Assembly: GCA_001724265.1 (NCBI GenBank)
Contig: MEDY01000031.1
Coordinates: 62,001-121,149 of the forward strand
Source: Rhizaria sp. SCN 62-66
Lineage: Eukaryota
Direction of reading: 5' to 3'
Length of the DNA: 59,149 bases
Part shown: positions 29,451 through 42,500 of the stretch, in pieces
How positions within the stretch are numbered: position 1 is the stretch's first letter
How the letters are laid out: each line of letters opens with the position of its first letter
Program-made: the position numbers and the translations under genes
The notes under the pieces: model-generated
Told to the model about the DNA's origin: nothing
Databases searched by the model: none
Seen by the model: the letters and a program-made list of their open reading frames with translations, nothing else

Positions 29451-32400
29451 TCATGCTTTCCCTGCGTCAGCAGCAGAGGACTGCTTGAGGCCAGCGAGCT
29501 CTGCGCGCAGCCGCGCCAGCTCGATGTCCTTGGCGATCAGTGCGCGGTCCCGGGCTTCAATCTCATAGCCTAGACGCGAGAGCAGTGCGTCACCAGCAGC
29601 GGCAGGCGCAAGAGGGACCGTGGCCTCGACTGTGGCGACAGCAGCAGACACTTCAAGTGCAGTGGCGGTGCGGCCAGTAACGCCGGACAGCACCGCCACG
29701 GCGCCGGCCTTGGCCGCGGACACGCCACGCATGCGTTTGCATCCGCCGCGGACCACAGCAGCCAGTGCAGAGCCCGGTGCGAGACTCCCGCGCCGCGCCT
29801 GCTGCGCCTGCGAGCGCGAGTGCGAGCGCGCTGCCGCGGCCGCCCAGGGCCCCAGCCCGGCCCCCGCGCCGCCGCTGCCGCCGCACGAGAGCCCCACCGC
29901 GCCGCTCGCACCAACCAGCGCGCCGCCCGCGGCCGCGGAGGCGCCCAGCGCGGCCAGCGAGCTCAGCCCCAGCGGCCGCGAGTGCCCGTGGCCAGCCGAG
30001 CCACCTGCCGCAGTCGCAGCGTCGCCGCCGCCTCCGCGCGCGTGCGAGCCGTGCGCTCCGTGCGCGGTGTGGCCGCCGCCCATGTAGTGCGCGCCGTGGT
30101 CCCTGCCCGCGCGTGCGCCCGCGCCGCCCGCGGCGGCCGCGGCGGCCGCGGCGGCGCGCGCGGAGGCGGCGGCGTGGTGCGGCAGCGCGTGGCGCGCCGA
30201 TAATGCCCGCAGCACGGTCTCGGTCGACGCCGTGGGCGCGAGAGCGGCCCAGCGCAGGTAGTAGTCGCTCCACAGCTGCACGCGCTCCAGCGCCGGCTCC
30301 AGCAACGGACACAGCGGGTCGCGGAAGGCGTAGAGCGGGGAGCGGAACTCGAGCCGGCGCGCGTGCACCGCGGTCCAAAGCGAGCGCGTTTGCAGGTGCA
30401 GCTTGAGGCGGATGCGCTCGGCGACGGAGTTAAGCATGAAGGTGCCGTAGAGCCCCGAGCCCAGCGAGTCGGCAATGAAGGTCAGCAGCGCGGGCGTGAA
30501 CTCGAACTCGCACGGGTACTGCTGCGTCAGCTGCCACACCGCGTCCAGGAACATCAGGAACGCTGGGGACACTTCGTCTGCGCCGGCGGCTGAGGGCGCA
30601 GTCGCCGCCGCGATCGCAGTCACGGACGCCGACGCCGAGTGCGGCCCGCCAGCGCCGGATCCAGAGCCAGAGCCAGAGCTAGAGCCAGAGCCGGAGCCGG
30701 AGCTTGCTGAGTTCTGCGCGAAGCTAAATCCAGCCCCGCTGGCAGTGGGTGACGCGACGCCGGAGCCGTTGTCGCCGCCAAGCGCGCCCGCGGCAGACGC
30801 AGCGGTGGGAGTGCCGAGTCCGCCTTGTCCAGCGCCCGCCGCGCCAAAGCCCACGGATGCGGAGCCAGAGGCGCCAACGGCTGCGGGATGCGGCGCGTTC
30901 GTGGCGGTGAAACCGACGAAGCCGGTGCGGTCAGCGAAGCGGTGGCCGAAGGATAGCCACTCTTTCTCGATGAGCACGATGAAGCCCGGCATGGTGCGGT
31001 AGAACGGGTCCAGCATGAGCTGTGCAAGCGCGCAGAGCTGCGGCGTACGGTCCCAGCCGTCGGTGCAGTGAACGAGCACCGACGTGCCCTGCTTGAGCGT
31101 GGCGGCGACGTAGCCCGCGCCCGCGAGTACAGCGCCGACGAACTCGAGGTAGCCCGTCGCGTGCAGCTGCGCCTGCCAGTCCGCGGGCACGCGCCCCACG
31201 TCGGACACTCTGCTTACCAGCCCGCCCAGTGCCGCATGCACGCGCCGCGCCGCCTTGATGTTGCCTAGGTTCAGGAACTCCAGGCGCAGCCGCCGCAGGG
31301 GGCCCGCCTCGTAGTTCTCTGCGGACTCGAAGCTACACAAGGACAACAACGGGAAATTAGAGTAATGATATATGAGGCATAGGTGTGAGAAAGTGCAATA
31401 AAGAAATGTTGGCAAATCTGCAAAGATTAAAAAAAATTGCATTGACTCTGTGATGTCGTACCCTCCTTTGGCGACAAAGTTTGCAAGCGCATTGATACGC
31501 TGACGCGCGTCTGCGACGACGAGGACGCCGCCAAGCCCAACGCATGCCTGCAGCAGCAGCTCGTCCGCCGCGCACCGCGCACCCATCACGCCCACAGTGG
31601 GCTGCGCCGAGCGCATCAGCACCGCGGGGTTCGCTGCGCGGACTGTGGCCGCAACGGGCACGACAGCGGTGGCGCCCGGGACAGCCGCGCCGTTGGCCGC
31701 CGTGTTGACTGTCACTGCGGCCATGCCGGCGACGCGCGCGGCGGGCGAGGTCCACACGACGACCGGCACGCGGCGGTGCGAACGGAACGCGGCCGCCGCT
31801 TCTAGCTCCGCGGCCGTGACACCGCGCGGCACGGCCAGCACGTCCGGGTACGAAGGGCAGAAGGCAAACGTGTCGTTGACAAACGAGAGCTGGAAACGCG
31901 GCGAGGGCAGCCCCAGACGGCGGTACTCAACAATGGGCGAGTAGAGAAGCCAGCCGTTAAGCCGCGGCGAGTGCCACCAGCGCTGCGCCAGCGCCGCAGG
32001 CAGCGCCAGCGCGGGCGGCGCGCCGAACAGCGAATGCTGTACGAGCGCGCGAGGGGCCGGCAGCGGCGCGGAGCTGAACGCCGCCGCGTACGCCGCGTCG
32101 ACCGCAGCGTCCAGCGCCTCGCTGCTGCCGCCGTCCTCCTCGTCCTCGTCGTTATCGTCACCGCCGAGGTAACCGTGGTAGCCGCCGAGCGCGGCGATGG
32201 CGGGGACCGAGCCGGGCGCGGGCGCGTCTGGGTCGACGCGCGCGCCGGCCTCCACTGCGGCCGCGGCCGTGCGCAGCCACAGCGCCTGCAGCGCGGGCGA
32301 CGGCGCGCCGTCGGCGCCAGTGCCCGTCAGCGCGCCCGCGCCGGCCGCAGCGGCTGCGGGGTCGGCCAGCGGCAGCGGCGGCGCGAAGGCAGCCATGAGG

Positions 32401-34826
32401 TACTCGTCTTCGAGCGTCAGCGTACGCGCAGGCAGAGGCGCTGGCGGCTTGAAGCCTCCAGCTCCGTCGCCACCCTCAAGGGCGAGCAGCGCGGCGTTTC
32501 TACCGGCGACGCCGAGGCTGCTGTTGCGGCGGCGCGAACGCTTGATGGCGTCATTGCCTGTGAACGCGAGCAGCGAGGTGACCTGTCCGTTTCGCGCGAG
32601 CGAGCCGTGCAGCTTGAGCATCTCGACCACGGACGCAAACGTCGCGTACACGCCGCGCTCGCCCATGCCCTCGACGAAGAGCCGCAGCGAGGAGAAGTCC
32701 TTGCCCGTGAGCTCGAGCCACGCGCCATCGCGCCCAGAGAGCCCGTAGGCGAAGCGCGAGACGTGCTGCAGCGGCATCGCGGCGGGCTCCGACACCAGCG
32801 CCAGCAGCGCCGCCGCGTCGCGCGCGGCCGCCTCGGCGCCACCGCCCGCCGTCGCCGCGCGCAGGCCCAGCAAGAGGTCCTCGGACGCGGTGGCCGTGAA
32901 GGGCGCGTGCGGCGCTGCGGCGGCGGCGGACGCGAACGCGTTGCCGTCGCTCACGGCCGCTGTCACGCCGGCAGCGGCGTTGACGGCGCGCGCACGGCGG
33001 GCCCAGGCGGCCGCTGCAAGCGCAAGCGACAGCGCCGCGGCGGGGCGGCACGCGATCACGGCGCGCAGCGTGAGCGAGCGCAGCAGCGCCACGTCGTCCG
33101 CGGTCGCGAGCGCGTCGCAGTCGTCGCCAGCCGCGGGGGCGCTCGCGTCGCGCGCGGGGGGCGCCACGGCGTCTGTGCACATGCGCACGGGCGCGTTGCG
33201 TGCGTGCATCGCGGACGCTGCGAGCGCGGCAACGCGCGCGGCCGTGGCATTGCGCACGCGTCGCAGCCAGCGCTCGTGCGGCGTGTGCGCAGAGACTGAC
33301 CCGCACGCAGCACACACGCCCGAGTCGGCCTCGCCGGGAGGCGCCACGGCGCCGCACGCGCAGCGCTCGCTAGCGGCGTCTACGAGGCCCGCACCCGCGA
33401 ACGCGGCGGCGAGCGCCTCTTCGTCGTCGTCCTCGCCCGCGGACACGTCGGCGTCGACGTCGCCGTCGCCCCACTCGCCGGCCGCGCCCAGTGCTGAGCC
33501 CAGCGCCGCGGCGCCGAAACCCGACTCGGCGGCACCCGCGGCGACGGCTCCTGTCCCGGGCGCGAAGGGCGCGGCGGCGGCGGCGCCCGAGGTCGCGGAG
33601 CGCGGGTCGTCGAAGCTGTCGGGCACGAACGCGATCTGGTGGTTGCTCACCAGCAGCACGCCCGGGACCGTGGTCGCAAGCCACAACGGCGCCGCGCAGT
33701 CGCCCGCGCCCGCGCCGGAGCCCGCCGCGCCGCCGCCGGAGCCGTGCTTCGCGGAGCCGGTGACGGAGCCGATGGCGCCAGTCGCAGCGGCGGCCGCGGC
33801 GGCCTCGGCGGCGGCGACAGCGTCGGCCGCGCCAGCACCGGCGGCAGCAGCTGCAGCAGCGGCGGCCGCTGCGGCCGCGGCAACGGGGCCAAAGGCAGGC
33901 GCCGGCAGCGGAGGAATCACTAAATCCTCCGGCGCCGTCATCGCAACAGCAGCGCCGTTCGCCGCGCGCCTGCGCCCGGCGGCGACAGCAGCGGCCGCGG
34001 CGCTGGCCGCGTGCGCGAGCGCGCCGGCGTGCGCGTTGGTAACGGTGTTGACGGCGTCGTTGAGCTGCTGCGGCGGCAGCGACGAGGCTGCGAGCCCGAT
34101 CCCGACGCCGACGCCCAGCAGCGCGCCGGGGCCGGGCGGGATCGCGGTTGCGCCGCCGGACGCGCCGACCGGCAGACCGGCGGGGCCCGCGCTGGTGCCG
34201 GCCGGCATCGGCGAGTGCGCGACGGCGAGCGCGCTGGCGCCTGCCGCGATGTCCGTCGGCAGCGAGAAAAGCGACATCAAGGACCGCCGCTCGCCGCCGG
34301 GCGGGGCGGCGCCGCTGGCGTGCCGCGCGGGCCCTGGCGCCGCGGTGAGCGCGGCGGACGACGACGACGACAACGCGGACGCAGCAAGCATGGCCGCGGC
34401 TGAGGGCGCGCGGGGCGTGCCCAGGACCATCGAGCCGGCGCCCGAGCCGGTGGCTCCTGAGTCGTCGATCGACTCGGTGCGCTCCCCGCGGCGAGGCGCA
34501 AGCCGCGGCGACGGCGCAGTCAGGTCGCTGACAGTGTTACCGCCGCTGCCATTGTTGCCACTGCTGCTGCCGCTGCCCCCGGCGTCGCCCATGTTGCCGA
34601 AGTAGCTCTCGATCTGCGCGAAGGCCGCCGTGAAGCCAGACGCCATGACTACGCTGCCGCCACCGTCGCTGTTGCGGGCGTTTGACCGCGACGGCGCCGC
34701 CGCGTGCGCCTCTGCGTCGGCCTCGGCCTCGGCCGCCTTGGCACCTCGCGCCGCGCGCCGCGGGCTGAACGGGTCGAACGCGGCCGACCCTGACCCCGCA
34801 TCGGCCGCACCCGTGCCTGCGCCCCC

Positions 34827-34861
<35 letters not shown>

Positions 34862-36626
34862 GGGTGATGGCGACGGCGACTTGCGCTGTCGGCGCGGCCC
34901 CGGCGCTGGACGGCGCGGGAACCACAGTCACGGGCGTGCCGGGTGACACCGCAAGCGGGGACATGTTCGGGCGCGAACTGGATGACTCCGCGGCAGTCGC
35001 AGCCACCGCGGTCGGAACCGCAGCGGCGGTCATAGCGGCGGAGACAGCCGCCGTGGCCGTGGCGGGCGCCGGGAGCGCAATAGGCTGGCTCTCGCCCGTG
35101 TGCGTAGCAGAAACCGGGCCTGTGGCATGGCTGGCCGCCGGGCCGTGGGGCCCTGGGCCGTGGGGCCCCGGGCCGTGGGGTCCGCCGTGGTCGGCCGAGG
35201 GCAGCGCGCCGGGCGCGCAAAGAGCGACGGTGCGTTCGGCTGCCACGGCCGGGTCGGCATCGGCCGCGGGGCCCGCGAGCGCAGCGTGGCGGCGGCGTGC
35301 GACCTCAGCGATGACCGTGAGCGCGCGCAGCACCGTGCGCACGCCGGTCACGCTCAGCTCGTGAACTCCTCCCCTCGATGGCGCGGAAGTCAAGTCGCTG
35401 CTGGAAGTCAAGCCGCCGCCGCGAGAAGTGGCGTTGCTGTTATTCGAGGCGGTGGTAATGGAGCTGCTTGTGGAGGGCACGAGCACTGGACATGCGACCG
35501 AGTGGCAGAGCTGATCAGCCACAACCACGGAGCCACTGCTTGCAGTCACCGCGCTGTCGCCACCAGAGGCAGCAGTGAGCAGGCCTGAGAGGTCCGGCGC
35601 GGGGAGACCACCCGCTGCGCCGCCCGCGCCGCCCGCGGGCGCGGCAACCCGCAGCAGCGTGGCGCGCGCGCGCGCGACGTCGCGCCTGCGCTCGCGGCGC
35701 AGCACCTCTACCGCGCCTGGCACGGGCAGCGCTAACGCGGCGCGCGCGGCGGCGGCAGAGGCCGAGGCGGCGGCCGCGGCCGCGGCCAGCGCGGGGCCCG
35801 ACACGGCGCCCGAGCCGATGCCGCTGCCCGCGCCCGCAGCGGCCGCGGCGGCGTCTGCGTCGGCCTCGGCGGCGGCGCGCTCGAGCCGGCGGAGCACGTG
35901 CAGCGCGCGCGAGGCCTGCTGCTGCAGCAGCGCGACCGCGCGCGCGTGCGCGGCCGCAGCGACGGGCGCAACGGCCGAGATCGCAGCCGCGCCCGTCGCG
36001 CGCCAAGGCGCCGCCGCGGGTGGGCCGCGGTACAGCGCGGCGCGCAGCAGCACGGCCTGCACGTGCTCCGCTGGCGACGCCTGGAGCTGGGACGAAAACA
36101 GAGCGGTCGCGCGGCGCAAGCGGCGCGGCGGCCGCGGGGCACGCGCGCGGGGCCGTGGGCGCGCGGGCGTCGGGTCCGGAGACGGGCCGCCCGCCCCCGC
36201 AACTGCTGACGACGATGCAGCCGATGACAACGATGATGTCGCGCTATTGGATGATGCGGGCGTTGCGGAAGACTCGGCGGCGAGCAATACCGGCGCGCGC
36301 GGGGAACCGGGGCGCGGCGGCACAGCGGCAATGCAGACCTCGCACACGCGCACGGGCTCGGCCGCGACCTCTGGCAGGCGTGCGCGGTGCGGCGTGCACG
36401 CGGCGCAGTAGACGTTGCCGCAGATGTGGCAGTGGTGCTTGCGCGTCGCCGCATCGAAGTCGGTCCCGCACGCCTTGCATGCGGCCGCCAGCGCCGACGG
36501 AACAAAGTGCGAGTCAGCGCGCACGCGCTGGATGCCCACGGGCGCGCCCGACAGCGACAACGACAGCGCCGGCGGCGGCACGCTCAAAGGAGAGCCGCGC
36601 GGCAGACGCGGGGACGGGGACGACAT
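29451..36626 (-). CDS. Myotubularin-family phosphoinositide 3-phosphatase with an N-terminal FYVE domain (~2,350 aa)
   Basis: FYVE: CKAC..F..TRKHHCHICGNVYCAAC..RVCEVC. Phosphatase: FCPSYPDVLAVP, FRSHRRVP, RSAQP, VLVHCTDGWDRTPQL, LDPFYRT, LIEKEWLSFGHRF, QQYPCEFEF. Intron 31461-31333 (GTACGA..TAG). Confidence 0.93.
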
Positions 36627-37175
36627 CCCAGGCGTGTGAGGCGCGGACAAGAGACTGATCGGTGTACAACTCGGTTCAGTAGTCGTGCGATGCAGTGAAC
36701 TACGCTGGCAAAGTGAAGCGAGTGATGGATATGGGCGCGGGCATGAGTGAGCAAGGGATATGTGACTGGAGGGCGTATGAATCTTCTCTTCATATGATTC
36801 GCCTCGCCATAGCCAGCACACGGTAGTGAGGACTGGCAACAAAGTTAGCAGAAAAAATAGATATTAACCCGTTGTTTAAATACAATAAGTCGTAATAAAT
36901 TCTTAGAGGCCGTGTACTTTGGCTCCGAACGCCTCCGAAGTGGGCCGGTGGGGTACAAAGTGTGGTGCTCACGATAGGGCTAAACGAAATTGTATCGCAC
37001 GACCCACAATGTCCGTCTATCTAAGTGCTCTAACGTTATCATATCAAACTTTGAGTAATTACAATTATTGTACAATTATACTCTCAAGTAATTTAGAATT
37101 CTTCTGCTATCCCTTCTAGAACTAAGAAGCACGCCGGTCTGAAGTTGCCTCACAACCATATCGCGGATCCCCACC

Positions 37176-39323
37176 ATGGACGCGGGTTCTATCCTTGCTG
37201 AGGCACCGCAGCCGAGCGCCGTGCCGCACAACGCGTTTCGCGCGTACGAGCGCGCGCTGAAGCAGACGAAGCACCAGAGCGGACGCTACATCCTGCCCAG
37301 CGATCTGGGCTGTGTGCTAGACGTGCGCGGCGAGCTGCCCGCGCACGCCTCCGCGGCCGCGCGCGTCGTCCCCGTCGCGTCCCAGCGCGTCGACGGGACC
37401 TGGGATCTCCACGTCGAGCCCGGTTTCGACGCTGACTGGAGCTACGAGGCCCCCGAGCTCACCCCCACCGGCGCAATTGCTGCCAACGCTAGCATTACAG
37501 CCGCCGCGAAGAACACTGCTACCGGCGCTAATCCCGCGGCGCCGGCGGCCGCGCCGGTACGCGGCCCCGCACCGCCGCCGCTGCCGACGCGCGCCGCGGC
37601 TGCGGACGCGTGCGGGCCCGGCCACGCGCGCGTATTCGCGTTCCGGCACGCACCCGGGCTGTTTCTCGTCTCGCGCGCGCTCGACTCGCGCGAGCAGTTC
37701 GCCTGGGCCCTGCGCGCGCTCACGCAGTTCGCCGACGCGCCCTACACGAACCTCACCAACCTGCACGGCGCCGACCGCGACAGGACGGCCGAGCTCTTCT
37801 GGCGCGCGTGCCGCGCTAACGCTGACGCCGCGGCCGACGCCGGCCACCAGCAGCGTCTGCATAAGCGCGCGCGCACCGCCGCCGCCGCGACCGGGACGCC
37901 CGTCACCGCTGCTGCCGGCGTTACAAAGCCCGCTGTCGACGACGCAGAGACCGGCGCGGGCCCCGCTGAGCGCTCTGCGCTGCCGCTGCCGTGTCCGTGC
38001 CGGCCGTCGCCGCTGGGCGCGCGATCGCTGTATGAGTACCTCGACTGGCCGGGGCCCAGCGGCGCGCCCGCCACTTTCGCGCCGCTACCCAACGCCCCAA
38101 CGGCGAGTTTGCACAGTGACGCAGTGGCGGGGCAGAGTGGGGCGCAGGAGGACTGGGAGCTGTGCGAGTGCGAGCGAGGCGCGTGTCCCACTGCAAACCG
38201 CTGCCACTTGCGCTGGCCGTCTGCGAACGACGCTCCCAGCGCAGCCGAGTCAGAGACTGCGAGTGCGCATATGAGTGACTGTGAGCGTGGACGTGACCGT
38301 GCGTGTGGGGCGTGCTGGCTGTCAACGCAGCAGCCGCACGTGCCGCCCTCGCTCCGCCCTGGCAACCCGGTCGCCGCGCAGCCCCCACCAGTCCCATCGG
38401 CCGACTCGTCAGCTACCGCGGCGGCGACGACATCAGATGGCAGCGCAGCGACGCCCGCGAGTGCGAGCGCGAGCGCGAGTGCGGCGCTCCCCCGCAGCGC
38501 GCTGCCGCGGCCGGCGGACCTGTCGCTGCTGGCGCCGTTGCGCTGGGCGTCGCTGGGCGCGCGCTACGACTGGACGGCGCGCGAGTACCTCGACGCGGGC
38601 CCCTCGGCGCCCGCACTGCCCGCCGCGCTGGCCCAAATCACGACGCGGGTGCTAGCCCCCTTGACCGCCGCCGGCCTGGTCCCCGCGTCGGCTCCGGAGG
38701 CCGCACTCGTGAACTTCTACCCGCTGGGCGGCGCAATGGGCGCGCATGTCGATGACGCCGAGCCCGCGGTGCGGCGACCCATTGTCTCCGCGTCGCTGGG
38801 CGCGTCGGCGGTGTTCCTGGTCGGCGCCGCGACGCGCGCGCTGGCCCCGCTGGCGCTGGCGCTGCACTCGGGCGACGTCATCGTCCAGGCGGGGCCCGCG
38901 CGCAGGGCGTTTCACGCCGTCCCGCGCGTGCTCGAGCGCTCTTCGCCCCTCCGCGCGCTGCACGCCGCAGCCAGGGCGCTCGTCGAGGCGCGCGCGAGGC
39001 AGCAGGTGCAGAGCAAAGGGAGCGAAAACGATACTCAAGTTACTGCGAGTGGCGACGGGCAGCGGCAAGAGCGCGACGCGGTCGAGAACGAGTTCTGCGC
39101 GCTGATGGACGCGTGCGCGGAGACGCGTTTGCGGTACGCGCTGAGCTAGCGCGAGGTCGTGGAGTTCGTGTTAACGGTGCTGGGCGTATACCGCATCAAC
39201 TTCAACACGCGACAGGTCTCCGACGAGGGCACTATGCACCCGCTGGACGTGCGCAAGCACTTCCCCGTCGACGCGGTGCTCAAGGGCGTCTACGCAGGCG
39301 ACTCACTGCCAAAGGCGGAGTGA
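37176..39323 (+). CDS. ALKBH1: ALKBH1-like Fe(II)/2OG dioxygenase, read through an in-frame TAG at 39147-39149
   Basis: LRWASLGARYDW, EAALVNFY, GAHVDDAE, PIVSASLG, LHSGD, FHAVPRV lie before the TAG; RINFNTRQV lies after it; TGA at 39321-39323. Confidence 0.9.
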
Positions 39324-39547
39324 GTCTGGGCTCGTGCGACGCGGATGTGTGCATTTATATAGCGACCTCTGTTACGGTGTGAGTGACGCTTACAAAACCA
39401 GCCTCAGCTGCTCGCAGTCGAGGGTCACAAGAAATCGTCAGATTTGGTGAAAGATTCCGTTGTTTAAGAATATAATATCGCCATCGTAAATTTACATAGA
39501 GAACCTATTTATTACTAATTTATTATCTCTTGAATTGTTTGTCTTAG

Positions 39548-42500
39548 ATGTCTTTCCTTCGACTGCCGTCTTGGTGCGCGCAGTCGCATGGAAAGGTGAT
39601 CGCCGCGCTTGGCGAAATGGGCATGTGCGCCTACTGCATGCTCCGTTTTCTCGACAACCGCAGCGAACGGTTTTACAGTCTCCCCGAACACGACCTCATC
39701 GAGGTCATGCTCCCTGAGGAGTTCTGCAATCCCCCCGCAGACGCCCCTGTGGCTGACGCCACTTCGACCGCTGCCGCATCAGCCGATCCCGCTGCCGACG
39801 CCGTTCCCGCCGCCGCGCAGGCGCCCGTGCCCGTGCACGAGCACCTGCGCGGCGCCAAGACCGCGTTGCAGACGCGCGGGTACTGCCCGCTGTGCTACGA
39901 GCTGCTGCCGGTGAGCGAGCGCGTGTGCGACCTGGTGGCCGCGGCCGTGGCCGACGCAGACTACGAGTTCTCCGACTTCTTCCTCGCGCGTACCGTGCCT
40001 GCGCCGCTGGCCATTCGCCAGCACGGCGCCTGGATTGCGCTGGGCCGCCGATTCCCCGGACTCGCGCCGTTCAGCGACGACGCCGGCATGGAGAAGCACG
40101 TGGTCGAGCTCAAGGAGGCGGCCAAGCTCGCGCACCCTCCGCGCATCGCAGCCGCCGTGAACCGCCACCGCGCGGCCCGCGCCGCGCGCACCGTTGCCGT
40201 CGTCGCCGCCGAGCGCGGCTGCGCGGCGCCACCGCTGCCCGCCGCGCTCGACGCGCTGCTCACTTCAGAGACCCGCGCCGCCGCAGCCGCCGCGGCCGCC
40301 GCGGTCCTGGGGGTGGCGTCGCTCCCGGCAGACGCGCCCACCGTCACGCTCGACGCGCTGCTGGCGACGCCCGAGACGGACGAGCGCGGCGCTGCTGTGG
40401 GCGGCGGGGACGCGGACGCGGACGCGCCGCGCAGCTCTGCGGGCACCGACGCAGGCCGCCTGCATACGCGCCTCGTGAACCTCGCGCCCGCTACTTTAGC
40501 AGCGCGCGAGGGCGACTTCACGATCAACACGCTGTACCTGGCGGCGCCCGTGCCCGCGGCCGCCGAGGCCGCGCTAACGGCCGAGATCGAGCGCGCGCAG
40601 GGCGCGTTCTCCAATGGCCGCCGCAACGGCCGCGGCGGGCGCGGCGGCGGCCACGGCGGCGGGCGCGGCGGCCACGGAGGGGGTTTCGGCAACGAGAACA
40701 ACCACAACCGCGGGAGCGCGCTGTCGATCAACACGAACCTGCCTAAGACTATCGGCAAGGTCTCGTGGACGACGCTCAACGCGCACGGCTTTGCGCCGCC
40801 GCGGCTGCCCACCGCGCCGCTGGCGCCCGGCACGCAGTTGACGGCCTCGGGTCCGCAGGTGCCGTATCTAATCCAGGCCGCGGTACCGGTGCCGGTGCGC
40901 GCGGCGACGCCCGCCGCCGCCGCCGCCGCCGCGGAGGCCGCCGCCGAGGCCGCCGCGCGCGGGGTGAGCGTGCTCGCGGCCCACTACGCGGCCGTCTCCG
41001 GCACCGAGGCCGTGCCCATGGCCGACGACTGCGCTGACACTGCTGCAGCAGCGAGCACCAGTGCCAGCGCCAGTGCCAGTGGGGGCGCGGAGTGCTCTGA
41101 GAGCGCGGAGCGCGACGGCACGGAGCAGCCCGACGCGAAGCGGCCCTGCCTCGCCTCTGTCGTCACAAACGCAACTGCCGCTGGCGCGAATGCGAGCGCG
41201 AGCGCGAGCGATGCTGCGGTTGTGCCGCCGCGGGGTTCCTTCGTGCCGACGGCGCTGGCGGTGCTTTTGGCGCGCGACCGCGACCGCGCGGAGCCGCGCA
41301 CGGGCGTCAACACGGGCGCAGTCATCCAGATCTCGCCGTATCTCTGCGTCGAGGTTGCGTGCTTCCACCGCAGCCTCTTCGTCATGGGCATGTACGAGAA
41401 GCTCAGCCGCGTCGTCTCGCAGTCGGCCTGGTACGTCCCGCTGCTGCCCCATGAGCTCTCGGCCGTCACTGCGGCGACGGCGACCACGACTGCGAGTACT
41501 GCTGAGGCTAACGGCGACGTCGCGCTTGACCCCACTGGTGCCGCTGCCGCCGCTGCTGCTGGGGATGCCGTGGTGAGCGGTGACGGCGACGCTGATGATA
41601 AGGACAAAGATGACGACGACGGCGACGACGGCGGCGGCGACGATGACGACGAGGACGGCGGTGGCGGCGGCGCTGGTGTGCCTGGTGGCATTGTTGCGCG
41701 CCAGAGCCGCGGGTTTCAGAAGAAGCACGCGACGACGGCCGACGAGGACGAGGGCGGGCCCTTTGCGGAAACCTCGGTCGAGTCCGAGCTGGCATTCCAC
41801 CTGCTGCCGCACTTCTGGCCCGGCGGCGTGGCGGGCTACCGGGCGGCGCCGCGCGGCGCCCCGGGCCCCGCGCCGCCGCAGCTGGCGTGTGACCCCCGCG
41901 GCGTGCGCGCGCGGTCCGAGGCGGCATGCCACCCGTCGGCCGCGCTCGTCGACGCCACGACGCTGGGCTTCACGCGCGCCGCCACGGGCGCGCTGCCCGC
42001 GCTGGCCGCCGCCACGGACGCAACGGCCGCGTCGCTGGTTGCGTACAGCGGGTACCGGTTCAAGTTCCACTCGTCGGGCCGCGAGGACCTCAACGTCCGC
42101 ATGCTCGGCTCGGGCCGCCCCTTCTTCCTCGAGTTCACCGACCCGCACCGCGCCCCGCGCCTCACGCCGGCGCTGCTCGCGCGGCTGACCAGTGTGATTA
42201 ATGCCAACGCGCTGGCCGTGGCGCTGCCCGCGCCGCTGCAAGCGGGCGACACGGCGGCCTTCGCGGCCATGACGCGCGGCATCGGCGAGAAGCGCAAGCG
42301 GTACCGCTGCGTGGTCCACTGCGAGCGCGCCATCGCGACCGCGGCGGAGCTGACCGCCGCCGTGGACACCGAGCAGGAGCTGACCATCACGCAGGAGACG
42401 CCGCTGCGCGTGCTGCTGCGGCGCTCTGCGCTGGCGCGTGTGCGTACCGTGAGCCGTCTGCGCACGCAATGGCTATCGCCGCACTGGTTCGTGCTCGACC

